A stretch of DNA of 64,000 nucleotides from Gemmatimonadota bacterium (GTDB taxonomy: Bacteria; Gemmatimonadota; Gemmatimonadetes; Palauibacterales; Palauibacteraceae): the NCBI GenBank assembly GCA_022825725.1, contig JAJDWE010000001.1, positions 7,243 to 71,242 of the forward strand, read 5' to 3'. Position numbers and translations under genes: made by a program. Below the pieces are notes generated by a model. That model did not search any database and was not told the DNA's origin. It was given only the letters and a program-made list of their open reading frames with translations. Numbering within the stretch: the stretch's first letter is position 1; each line of letters opens with the position of its first letter. Of this stretch, positions 16,678 to 25,284 are shown one piece after another.

Positions 16678-16692
16678 ATCCCGTAGAAAAGG

Positions 16693-19161
16693 ATGTACCT
16701 GATGAATAGAACGCGGACCTTCTTCGTCGCGGCCGTCTGCGGCCTGCTGTTGGTGCCCGCGGCCGACGCGCAGCAGTTCGGCGAGACCGTCGTGCTCAGC
16801 GAGAGCCGGATCATCGTCAGCGAGCCCATCGATCCGGGTGCGGCACCCGCCGAGTCGGCGCCGCGCTCGCTGTACGTATACGAACGCGGCGACGGAGGCT
16901 GGACGCAGACCGGGACGCTCCGCGCCCCCGAGCACGACGGTCCCGACTACTTCGGCCGCTTCGTCATCGCCGACGGCGACCGGCTGCTCGTGGGAGCGAC
17001 GGCGCTCGACGAGGACGGGGACGGCGAGAGCGACGGCAGCGTCCTCGTCTTCCGCGAGGCCGGGGACGGTTGGGAATTCGAGCGTTACCTGCGCCCCGAG
17101 AGCGTGCCGCTCGGATCTTCCTTCGGTCGCTTCGCGGCGCTGGCGGGCGACCTTCTCGTGGCGACGGCCCTCGGCTACGAGGGGACCGGCGGCGCCTGGG
17201 TGTTCGAACGCGGCGCCGGCGGGGAGTGGGTCGAGCAGGGGATCCTGACGCCGTCGGATCCCGATCCGCAGCAGGAGTTCTTCGGCTGGGGCGTGCACAC
17301 GGACGGTGAGCGCGTCATCGTCGGCGCCTTCGCCGGCCCGCAGCTTCCCGGCGCCGCGTATGTGTTCGGGCGCGACGCGGGCGGCGCGTGGGTGCAGGAG
17401 GCTCGGCTCGGGCTCACGGGGGACGAGGCCCAGCCCGGCGCCGCGATCGCACTCGACCGCGCCCCCACGATCTCGGTCGGCGTCGATGGAGACCACGCGA
17501 TGCTGGGCCTCCCCGGCCTGGACGAGGGGGCGGGCGCGGTCCTCCTCTACGAGCGGCTCTCGACGGGCGACTGGGTGCGGAACGGATCGCTGGCGGCGTT
17601 CGACCGCCAGCCCGGCGCGGGGTTCGGGGCGTCCTTCACCTCGCACGACGGGGGGCTCTGGGTCGCCGCCCCCGGCGCGGACCTGTTCGGCGCCATTTAC
17701 GCCTTCGCGTGGGACGCCGAGGCGGGGCGCTTCGGTTCCGCGGCTAAAATCAATGCGGGCGCGGGCACCGATGCGGGTGACGGGTTCGGCATCTCCGTCG
17801 CCGCGGCGGGCGATCTCGCGGTCGTCGGACAGCCGTGGGACGACGGGTCGATGGGGTCGACGGTCGTATTCGAGCGCCGGGACGGGCGGTGGGCCGAGAC
17901 GGCGAAGATTTTCATCGCCGAGGAACGCCGTCCGCTGGCGACGCTCGCCGAAGTGGAGTGTGGCGAGGACGGCATGGCCGACCAGTTCGCCTGCGACCAG
18001 GTCGACGTGCTCTCGTTCCTGCCGCTCGACGCGATCGGGGGAACGGACCGCGGCATCGAGACGAACGACGTGTGGGGATGGACGGACCCGCAGACGGGCC
18101 GCGAATACGCGATCGTCGGCCGCACCGACGGCACGGCGTTCATCGACATCTCCAACCCGGAAGCGCCCGCGTATCTGGGCAGCCTGCCAAAGACGGCCGG
18201 GTCGATCACGAACTCGTGGCGTGACGTCAAGGTGTACGCGGACCACGCGTTCGTCGTCGCCGACGGCGCGGGCCGGCACGGGATGCAGGTGTTCGATCTC
18301 ACGCGGCTCCGCGACGTGGGCGACGTGCCGGTCGAGTTCGACGCCGATGCCCTGTACGACGGGATCGCGAGTTCCCACAACATCGTGATCAACGAGGAGA
18401 CCGGAACCGCGTACAGCGTGGGGTCGAACGGGGGCGGCGAGACGTGCGGCGGCGGTCTCCACATGATCGACGTCCGCGAGCCGAAGGATCCCCGCTTCAT
18501 CGGCTGCTTCGCCGACGACGGGACGCGATACCAGGGCCGGGGGTATACGCACGACGCACAGTGCGTGAACTACCGGGGACCCGACGCGGAACACCTCGGC
18601 AAGGAGATCTGCTTCGGGGCCAACGAGAGCTATCTCTCGATCGCCGACGTGACCGACCCGGAGAATCCCGTCTCGCTCGCGACCCAGAACTACCCGGCCG
18701 TCGCATATGCCCATCAGGGCTGGCTCACCGAAGACCACCGGTACTTCTATCAGAACGACGAGGGCGACGAGATGGCGTCGGTCGGTGCGGCGACACAGGC
18801 CGGGACCGAGCCGGACATGCGGGGCACGCGCACGCTCGTCTGGGACGTGTCGGATCTCGACGATCCGGTGTTGGTCAACGAGCACTTCGGGGAGACGTTC
18901 ACGATCGACCACAACCTCTACATCGTCGGCGATCTCATGTACCAGTCGAACTACGTGAGCGGGCTGCGCGTGCTCGACATCAGCGACCGCGAGAACCCGC
19001 GCGAGGTCGGCTTCTTCGACACCGTGCCGTGGGACGAGTCGGTCGTGTTCGACGGCTCGTGGTCGAACTACCCGTTCTTCGCGAGCGGAACGATCGTCGT
19101 GTCGAGCGGCAAGGAGGGCGTGTTCTTCCTCAAGTACCGCCGTCCGGAACTGGTGCCCTGA
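16693..19161 (+). CDS. secreted two-propeller protein: FG-GAP-like repeats + choice-of-anchor-B/LVIVD-type propeller (paralog B)
   Basis: Same architecture as 11215-13614. The C-terminal half is colinear and highly similar, for example NDVWGWTDPQTGREYAIVG, HAFVVADGAGRHGMQVFDL, ETCGGGLHMIDV, QGWLTEDHRYFY. Signal peptide FFVAAVCGLLLVPAADAQ. The second ATG at 16702 has the better AAAGGA spacing, so the start may be 16702. Confidence 0.8.
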   Translation: MYLMNRTRTFFVAAVCGLLLVPAADAQQFGETVVLSESRIIVSEPIDPGAAPAESAPRSLYVYERGDGGWTQTGTLRAPEHDGPDYFGRFVIADGDRLLVGATALDEDGDGESDGSVLVFREAGDGWEFERYLRPESVPLGSSFGRFAALAGDLLVATALGYEGTGGAWVFERGAGGEWVEQGILTPSDPDPQQEFFGWGVHTDGERVIVGAFAGPQLPGAAYVFGRDAGGAWVQEARLGLTGDEAQPGAAIALDRAPTISVGVDGDHAMLGLPGLDEGAGAVLLYERLSTGDWVRNGSLAAFDRQPGAGFGASFTSHDGGLWVAAPGADLFGAIYAFAWDAEAGRFGSAAKINAGAGTDAGDGFGISVAAAGDLAVVGQPWDDGSMGSTVVFERRDGRWAETAKIFIAEERRPLATLAEVECGEDGMADQFACDQVDVLSFLPLDAIGGTDRGIETNDVWGWTDPQTGREYAIVGRTDGTAFIDISNPEAPAYLGSLPKTAGSITNSWRDVKVYADHAFVVADGAGRHGMQVFDLTRLRDVGDVPVEFDADALYDGIASSHNIVINEETGTAYSVGSNGGGETCGGGLHMIDVREPKDPRFIGCFADDGTRYQGRGYTHDAQCVNYRGPDAEHLGKEICFGANESYLSIADVTDPENPVSLATQNYPAVAYAHQGWLTEDHRYFYQNDEGDEMASVGAATQAGTEPDMRGTRTLVWDVSDLDDPVLVNEHFGETFTIDHNLYIVGDLMYQSNYVSGLRVLDISDRENPREVGFFDTVPWDESVVFDGSWSNYPFFASGTIVVSSGKEGVFFLKYRRPELVP

Positions 19162-19217
19162 GACGCTCGGCGGATCCGCGCGCGCCGGCCGCCCGGCACG
19201 TCGGGGCGCGGAAGCAT

Positions 19218-20432
19218 GTGGCCGCCCGTCCGCTCCGCCTGCGCGGCCTCGCCCTCCTGACCGGCGCGGCCGGCTGGGCGGCGTGGGCGGCCGCAGGCTG
19301 TTCGGACGGCACCCTGGACTCCACTCCGCCTGTGCCAGCCCCGCCAAGGCCTCCGCCAATCGCCGGTTTCGAACTGGCGGCGAACGAAGTCCTGACCGGA
19401 CTCTCCCAGCCGGTGTTCCTCGCCGCCCCGCCCAGCGACCCGAGACTCTTCGTCGTCGAGCAGACGGGCCGCATCCGCATCTCGAACGCGAACGGGCAAC
19501 TCCTCGCGGATCCTTTCCTCGACCTTTCGGGCCGCGTGGGCACGGCCCCCGAAGGCGGCCTCCTCACGATGGCCTTCCACCCGCGGTACGCCGACAACGG
19601 CCAGGTCTTCGTCTACTACACCGACACGGGAGACGACACGGTGGTCGAGCGCTACACCGTCTCGGGGGACCCCGACCGTCTCGACCCGGGCTCCGCGAAG
19701 CGGATCCTCGCGGTCACCCAGCGGCGCCGGAACCATAACGGCGGGATGCTGCAGTTCGGGCCCGACGGGATGCTGTACGTCTTTCTCGGCGACGAGGGCG
19801 GGGCGGGCGATCCGTTCGGCAACGGACAGAATCCGGAGACGCTGCACGGTTCGATCCTCCGTATCGACGTGGACCGAGGCGACCCGTACGCGATCCCGGA
19901 CGACAACCCCTTCGTCGGAGAAGAAGGCGCGCGAGGCGAGATCTGGGCCATCGGCGTCCGGAATCCGTGGCGCTCGACGTTCGACCTCGCGGGCGATGTC
20001 CTTTACGTGGCGGACGTGGGTGAGAACGCACTCGAGGAGATCAACGCGGTGCCGGCGGGCCAGGCGGGCGTGAACTACGGCTGGAGCACGATGGAAGGAT
20101 CCGCCTGTTACCAGAGTTCCGGTTGCGACATGTCCGGTCTCACGCTGCCCGTCGTCGAGTACATCCACGACGGCAGCGTCTGCTCGGTGACCGGCGGATA
20201 CGTGTACCGCGGGTCACAGCTCCCCGAGATCGCGGGGCACTACTTCTACTCGGATTTCTGCACCGGCTTTCTTCGGAGCTTCCGCCTCGATGGCGGTCGG
20301 GCGACGGACGAGAGACGCTGGAACGTGGGAAGTCTCGGGGCGGTGTCCTCCTTCGGCGTCGACGGCTCCGGCGAACTCTACGTCGTGAACCTCACCGGCT
20401 CCGTGTCCCGCCTGGAACGCCGCCAGCCGTAG
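19218..20432 (+). CDS. PQQ-dependent sugar dehydrogenase-like (SGDH/sorbosone dehydrogenase family) lipoprotein
   Basis: Start proposed at GTG 19218, giving a signal peptide with lipobox-like AAAGC. Contains GLLTMAFHP, HNGGMLQFGPDGMLYVFLGDEG, GSILRIDV, IWAIGVRNPWR and NYGWSTMEG. The track ORF start at 18444 overlaps the previous gene and is rejected. Confidence 0.8.
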   Translation: MAARPLRLRGLALLTGAAGWAAWAAAGCSDGTLDSTPPVPAPPRPPPIAGFELAANEVLTGLSQPVFLAAPPSDPRLFVVEQTGRIRISNANGQLLADPFLDLSGRVGTAPEGGLLTMAFHPRYADNGQVFVYYTDTGDDTVVERYTVSGDPDRLDPGSAKRILAVTQRRRNHNGGMLQFGPDGMLYVFLGDEGGAGDPFGNGQNPETLHGSILRIDVDRGDPYAIPDDNPFVGEEGARGEIWAIGVRNPWRSTFDLAGDVLYVADVGENALEEINAVPAGQAGVNYGWSTMEGSACYQSSGCDMSGLTLPVVEYIHDGSVCSVTGGYVYRGSQLPEIAGHYFYSDFCTGFLRSFRLDGGRATDERRWNVGSLGAVSSFGVDGSGELYVVNLTGSVSRLERRQP

Positions 20433-20449
20433 CGGCCCGGGTCGGGCCG
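20433..20449. terminator. GC-rich hairpin between convergent genes (possible bidirectional terminator)
   Basis: CGGCCCG-ggt-CGGGCCG (7-bp perfect stem) sits immediately after the TAG at 20430-20432. There is no U-run, so this is weak. Confidence 0.3.
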
Positions 20450-20475
20450 CGGCATCCGCCGATCGTCACGAGCTG

Positions 20476-21285
20476 CTAGGCTCTGAACGTCAGCCCCAGC
20501 TGGAAGAGCACGAAGTCGACGTCGGAGGCGACGGGCGAGAACGAACTCCCGCCGAAGCCGTCCTCGACGATGCTCCCGGGCACGAGGTACTCCGTGCGGC
20601 CGTGCCTCCGGTATTGGACTTCCAGCCTCAGCACTCCCGGTTTGGCGGACCGGCTGATCGGGACCGCGAGCCCGCCGCCGAAGCCGTAGGCGGCGCGGAC
20701 ATCGTCGAAGTTCACCGTCGTCCCGTAATCGGGCGATTCGTACAGCTCCCAGCCGCGCTCGACGGAGCTGACCGTGAAGAAGTAGCCGAGTCCCGCGAAG
20801 CCGTTCACGTAGGGCTGGACGGGGCCGTACGGAAGGCGGATCTCGGGGCCGAGTCCGACGTAGCCCACGTTGTTGCGCGTGACGATATCGGTCAGGATCC
20901 GGTCCGTCACCGAGAATACGGGTACGCCAAGCGTCTCCGACCCGTAGTTCACGTAGCCGGCATCGAACCGGACCCGGAACGCGGGGGAATCTTCAAAGCC
21001 GAGCAAAGCGGTGAGCGCCGCCCCGAAACCGTCGTTGACGAACGAACTGAATTCCCCCTGCGGCGCCATCACGGAGAAGGTGCCGCCCAGATCCCACTGC
21101 GTGCCGCTGCCGCCTGAAGATGGCTCCCGGGACGGTTGGCCGGTGAAGGGTCCTCCGGGGACCTGCGCCGCCGCGCCTGCGGGCCCCGGCAACCCGAGCG
21201 CCGCCACTGCTCCGATCGCAGCCAGCGCGACGAGGCCGACCCCGGGAGCGCGCGTGCTCCGATTTCGCGTCCGTGTATGCATCAT
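20476..21285 (-). CDS. outer-membrane beta-barrel protein (OmpA-beta/OMP_b-brl-like)
   Basis: Signal peptide (VALAAIGAVAALGLPGPAGAAAQ). Alternating hydrophobic beta-strand pattern rich in G/Y/F (VNGFAGLGYFFTV, AAYGFGGGLAVPI). C-terminal FQLGLTFRA. Confidence 0.6.
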   Translation of the reverse strand: MMHTRTRNRSTRAPGVGLVALAAIGAVAALGLPGPAGAAAQVPGGPFTGQPSREPSSGGSGTQWDLGGTFSVMAPQGEFSSFVNDGFGAALTALLGFEDSPAFRVRFDAGYVNYGSETLGVPVFSVTDRILTDIVTRNNVGYVGLGPEIRLPYGPVQPYVNGFAGLGYFFTVSSVERGWELYESPDYGTTVNFDDVRAAYGFGGGLAVPISRSAKPGVLRLEVQYRRHGRTEYLVPGSIVEDGFGGSSFSPVASDVDFVLFQLGLTFRA

Positions 21286-21386
21286 CTGTCCCGCTCCCTC
21301 TCGCGTCGGCCCAGCGTCCGACCGGTCACCCGGCGTGGCGCCCGCTCTCCTCCGTCATCCCGTAGACGGCCGTACGCCGGAATCCG

Positions 21387-22190
21387 TCACAGCGTAATCT
21401 CGCCTGTAAGGTAGAGCGCCGCACGGCCGGCGATCGTCACGCGGTCCCCGAGGTGGCGACAGATGAGGGTGCCGCCGCGGGCGCTGATCTGCCGCGCCTC
21501 GAGCGGCGCCTCGCCGCGACCAAGCCGCTCGGCCCAGTAGGGCGCCAGCGTGCAGTGCGCGGAGCCCGTGACCGGATCCTCAGGCACGCCGACGCTGGGC
21601 GCAAAGAAGCGGGACACGAAATCCGCGCTCACGCCCGGCGCGCTCACGATGATCCCGAGGCGATCCAGTCCGCGCAGTCGGCTGAAATCCGGCTTCAGCT
21701 TCCGGACGTCGTCTTCGGCATCGAGGCGGACGAGATAATCCCGGTCCGACGCGAGTACCTCCGCGGGTGCCGCTCCCAAACCCTCCACGAGGGCGCGGGG
21801 GGCTTCGCGCGACACCGCCGGGCGCGCCGGAAAATCCATCACGAGGAGATCTCCCTCGCCCCGCTCCACGATGAGTTCGCCGCTTCTCGTCTCGAAACTC
21901 ACGCTCTCGCGGCCGGGCGCCAGCCTCTCCAAAATGACCCAGGCGGAGGCCAGCGTCGCGTGTCCGCACAGGTCGACCTCGGACACGGGCGTGAACCAGC
22001 GGAGCGCGAACCCGCCCTCCCCGCTCCCGTCGCCCCGAACGAAGAAGGCGGTCTCCGAGAGGTTGTTCTCCGCCGCGATCTTCTGCAGGACGTCGTCGTC
22101 GAGCCACGCCTCGAGCGGACAGACGGCGGCCGGATTGCCCTCGAAGGGGCGGTCCGAGAAGGCGTCGAGCTGATACAGCGGGATTTTCAT
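21387..22190 (-). CDS. PhzF-family isomerase
   Basis: MKIPLYQLDAFSDRPFEGNPAAVC...NNLSETAFFV...LRWFTPVSEVDLCGHATLA...DPVTGSAHCTLAPYW are typical PhzF-family signatures. Confidence 0.85.
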   Translation of the reverse strand: MKIPLYQLDAFSDRPFEGNPAAVCPLEAWLDDDVLQKIAAENNLSETAFFVRGDGSGEGGFALRWFTPVSEVDLCGHATLASAWVILERLAPGRESVSFETRSGELIVERGEGDLLVMDFPARPAVSREAPRALVEGLGAAPAEVLASDRDYLVRLDAEDDVRKLKPDFSRLRGLDRLGIIVSAPGVSADFVSRFFAPSVGVPEDPVTGSAHCTLAPYWAERLGRGEAPLEARQISARGGTLICRHLGDRVTIAGRAALYLTGEITL

Positions 22191-22428
22191 GCGTTCTCCG
22201 TGCGACGTGACGTCTCAAGGCGGCTGCGCACCTGCGGTCAGTCAAGATAGCGTCGTGCTGCAGAAATCCGCGAGCTAACAGCCCATGGCAAAAAGCCCTG
22301 CCGCGTTCGAGCGGCGAACCACGCCGCCGGGGTTCACGCTGCGGAGCCGTGCGGGTAGATTCGACCCGTCCGCGCGGATCGACCGCGCACCGACGGGATG
22401 CAGCGGAAGCGAGTAAGGAAGGCGTCAT

Positions 22429-22905
22429 ATGCCGGTTGAAATCACCGGATACTGGCTCGCCAAGACCGAGCCTCACGTGTACTCGATCGACGACTTCGCC
22501 CGGGACGGCGAGACGGAATGGGACGGCGTGCGGAACTACCAGGTCCGGAACTTCATGCGCGACCGGATGAACCCGGGGGAGAAGGTCCTCATCTATCATT
22601 CCAACACCCGGGTGCTCGGCGTCTACGGCGTCGCGGAAGTCGCGGGTCCGGCGCACCCGGACTCCACCCAGTTCGACCCCGACAGCCATTACTTCGACCC
22701 GAAATCGAGCCGCGAGAATCCCCGTTGGTGGTGCCCCGATTTCCGCTACGTGGAGACCTTCGGGACGCCGGTGACCCGGCAGATGATGAAAGAAGCGGCC
22801 GGCCTCGAGACTATTAATGTGATGAAACGCGGCATGCGACTCTCGGTTATGCCGGTGACGGAGGAGGAGTTCGAGATCATCCTCCGTCTGGGGCGTGGAG
22901 AATAG
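22429..22905 (+). CDS. EVE (PUA-like) domain protein
   Basis: YWLAKTEPHVYSIDDF...WDGVRNYQVRNFMRDRMNPGEKVLIYHSN is a typical EVE domain. AAGGAAGG lies upstream of the ATG. Confidence 0.85.
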   Translation: MPVEITGYWLAKTEPHVYSIDDFARDGETEWDGVRNYQVRNFMRDRMNPGEKVLIYHSNTRVLGVYGVAEVAGPAHPDSTQFDPDSHYFDPKSSRENPRWWCPDFRYVETFGTPVTRQMMKEAAGLETINVMKRGMRLSVMPVTEEEFEIILRLGRGE

Positions 22906-22923
22906 GAGAAACAGAGGCACGCC

Positions 22924-23472
22924 ATGTTCTGGTTCCTGATCGGACTCGCGGCAGTCGCCTTCATCATCATCGGGATGTACAACAGTCTCGTGCGGCTGCG
23001 CGTGCGCGTGAACGGCGCCTGGGCCGACATCGACGTCCAGCTCAAGCGCCGCTGGGACCTCATCCCCAACCTCACGAGGACGGTGGAGGCGTCCGCGGGC
23101 CACGAACGTGAGACGCTCGAGGCCGTGGTCGAGGCGAGGAACCGGGCCATGGGTGCGCGGGGGCCCGCCGAGGCGGGTGCGGCGGAGGGGGCGCTCGCGG
23201 TGGCGCTCGGAAGGCTCTTCGCGCTTTCGGAGGCTTATCCCCAGCTGCGGGCGGTCGAGGCGTTCACCGACCTCCAGCGCTCCCTCGACGAGATCGAGGA
23301 GGCGGTGCAGAACGCGCGACGCTATTACAACGCCGTCGTCCGGGACTACAACACGAAGACGCAGGTCTTCCCGACGAATCTGCTCGCCGGGATGTTCGGT
23401 CACACGCGCCGGGAGTTCTTCTCGCTCGACGACGAGCGGCAGCGCGAGGGGCCGGAGGTGGCGTTCTCGTGA
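22924..23472 (+). CDS. lemA: LemA family protein
   Basis: N-terminal TM helix followed by YNSLVRLRVRVNGAWADIDVQLKRRWDLIPNL...YPQLRA...FTDLQRSLDEIE...RRYYNAVVRDYN. Confidence 0.9.
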   Translation: MFWFLIGLAAVAFIIIGMYNSLVRLRVRVNGAWADIDVQLKRRWDLIPNLTRTVEASAGHERETLEAVVEARNRAMGARGPAEAGAAEGALAVALGRLFALSEAYPQLRAVEAFTDLQRSLDEIEEAVQNARRYYNAVVRDYNTKTQVFPTNLLAGMFGHTRREFFSLDDERQREGPEVAFS

Positions 23473-25271
23473 AACGGCGGCGTCCGCGACGAACCGGAGC
23501 GGCGGTCCGAGCCGCCATGCTGGCGGGCGCCACGGCAGGCGCCCTCTGTCTCTCTCCTTCCCCGGCGGCCGCGCAGGAGCGCTCCTGGCACATCGAGAGC
23601 TTCCACGCCGACATCCGGGTGCTGGAGGACGGGTCCATCGAGGTGACCGAAACGATCCGGCCCCGCTTCGAAGGAAGCTACAACGGGATCTACCGGACGA
23701 TTCGCGTCGAGTACCGAATCAACGGGTTCCGCTACAGGCTGCGCCTTTCCGTGAACGAGGTGACGGACGCGGACGGGAATCCCCTGCTCTACGAGTCGAG
23801 GCGAGATGGGGACGACCTGAATACGAAGATCTGGGTGCCCGGCGCGGCCGACACGGTCCGCACGGTCCGACTCTCCTACGGCGTGACGCACGGGCTCCGC
23901 TTCTTCGAGGCGGATGAAGGAGAAGACGGCATCGTCGAGCCGTACGACGAACTCTACTGGAACGTGACGGGGACCGAATGGCCCGTCCCGATCGAGTCGG
24001 CGAGCGCGACCGTGCGGCTCCCGCAGGCGGTCGCGGGCGTGCGCGCCCACGCCTTCACGGGGGGCTACGGCGCGACGGGACAGGACGCGGTGGTCGATGT
24101 CGCGGGAACGCGGGTCGACGTGCGAACCGACCGGCCGCTCGGCTTCCGCGAGGGCCTGACCATCGGGATCGGATGGAATGCCGGAGTCGTCCGGCGGCCC
24201 ACGGCGATCGATCTCGCCGCCATGTACCTGTTCGCGAACTGGCCGCTCTTCCTGCCCTTCTTCGCCTTCGCCTTCATGTACCGGCGCTGGAACGAGCGGG
24301 GTCGCGACCCGGAGATCGGGTCGATCGAGCCACGCTACGAGCCGCCCGGCGACCTGACGCCCGCCGAGGTCGGCGTCATCGTCGACAACCGGGCCGACCT
24401 GCGCGACATCACGGCGACGCTCGTCGACCTCGCCGTCCGGGGGCACCTCACGATCGAGGAACGCGAGGAGAAGCGCCTCCCGGGTCTCGCGTCGGGAAAG
24501 GACTACGTCTTCGAGCGACGCGATCTCCCGGGCGACGACCTGGCTCCGCACGAAGGCGCGCTGCTGCGGGCGGTCTTCGGGGGGCGCAGGACCCGCCGGC
24601 TCTCCGACCTCAAGGACCGATTCTACAAGGACCTGCCGGAGCTGAAGTCGACGTTGCTGGCGACGCTCATCGAGCACGGCGTCTACACGGCATCACCGAC
24701 CATCGTCGCCGGAAAGTACGTCGGGTTGGGGTTCCTGGTCGGAATCGTGATCCTTTTCGGCGGTCAACTCGCTCAGACCCAGCTGGCGCTCCCGCTCGCG
24801 ATGCCGGCCGTCCTGCTGGCGGCCATCACCTCGGCGCTCATCATCATGATATTCGGATTCTTCATGCCGGCGCGCACAAGGAAGGGCACGGAACTGCTGC
24901 GGCAGGTGAAGGGGTTCGAGGAGTTCCTCACGCGTGTCGAATCCGACCGCTACAGGCGGAAGATCACGGGTCCGGAGATGTTCGAGAGGTGCCTTCCGTA
25001 CGCCATGGCGCTGGGCGTCGGGGTGCAGTGGGCGCAGGCGTTCCGGGACCTGTATCGCGACCCCCCGGACTGGTATCATGGGCACGCTCTTTCGACGTTC
25101 AACTCTCACATCCTGATCTCGAACCTGAACAGCATGTCCGCGGAGACGCACAGCGTGATGCAGTCCGCGCCGCGCAGCGCCCAGGGGTCGAGCTTCTCGG
25201 GCGGCGGGATCCCGGGGGGCGGCGGCTTCTCGGGCGGCGGCTTCGGCGGAGGTGGAGGAGGCGCATTCTGA
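23469..25271 (+). CDS. DUF2207-family membrane protein with Gly-rich C-terminus
   Basis: The GTG start overlaps the lemA stop (GTGA). It has a signal/anchor, an extracellular domain (YNGIYRTI...YELYWNVTG.EW), three TM helices, and a C-terminal SFSGGGIPGGGGFSGGGFGGGGGGAF. This is the usual LemA partner. Confidence 0.8.
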   Translation: MKRRRPRRTGAAVRAAMLAGATAGALCLSPSPAAAQERSWHIESFHADIRVLEDGSIEVTETIRPRFEGSYNGIYRTIRVEYRINGFRYRLRLSVNEVTDADGNPLLYESRRDGDDLNTKIWVPGAADTVRTVRLSYGVTHGLRFFEADEGEDGIVEPYDELYWNVTGTEWPVPIESASATVRLPQAVAGVRAHAFTGGYGATGQDAVVDVAGTRVDVRTDRPLGFREGLTIGIGWNAGVVRRPTAIDLAAMYLFANWPLFLPFFAFAFMYRRWNERGRDPEIGSIEPRYEPPGDLTPAEVGVIVDNRADLRDITATLVDLAVRGHLTIEEREEKRLPGLASGKDYVFERRDLPGDDLAPHEGALLRAVFGGRRTRRLSDLKDRFYKDLPELKSTLLATLIEHGVYTASPTIVAGKYVGLGFLVGIVILFGGQLAQTQLALPLAMPAVLLAAITSALIIMIFGFFMPARTRKGTELLRQVKGFEEFLTRVESDRYRRKITGPEMFERCLPYAMALGVGVQWAQAFRDLYRDPPDWYHGHALSTFNSHILISNLNSMSAETHSVMQSAPRSAQGSSFSGGGIPGGGGFSGGGFGGGGGGAF

Positions 25272-25284
25272 CGTGGCTACCAGC

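Noticed and set aside
18444-19217. Long N-terminal extensions of track ORFs (18444 for the PQQ-dehydrogenase-like gene; likewise 30391, 35644..37143, 40589..42346, 43623..45542, 46621..48240, 55636..56418, 56760, 59579..60721)
   Set aside because: The extensions overlap the preceding well-supported gene and are Arg/Pro-rich. Internal starts give signal peptides, RBS-like sequences or start/stop coupling, and family-typical protein lengths.
14686-19359. 1557-aa minus-strand ORF opposite the FG-GAP/VCBS gene and paralog B
   Set aside because: Same reasoning. It is antisense to two genes with strong repeat and family signatures, and its composition is Arg/Pro/Gly-rich and non-protein-like.
22349-22390. 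Possible alternative hairpins in the EVE gene leader (GGGT-agattcg-ACCC, GCGCGG-atcga-CCGCGC, or a longer GTGCGGGT...ACCGCGCAC pairing) suggesting a riboswitch or attenuator
   Set aside because: Short GC stems arise by chance in DNA this GC-rich. There is no recognisable riboswitch consensus, no leader peptide and no terminator U-run. The 238-nt gap (22191-22428) also showed no tRNA-like cloverleaf.
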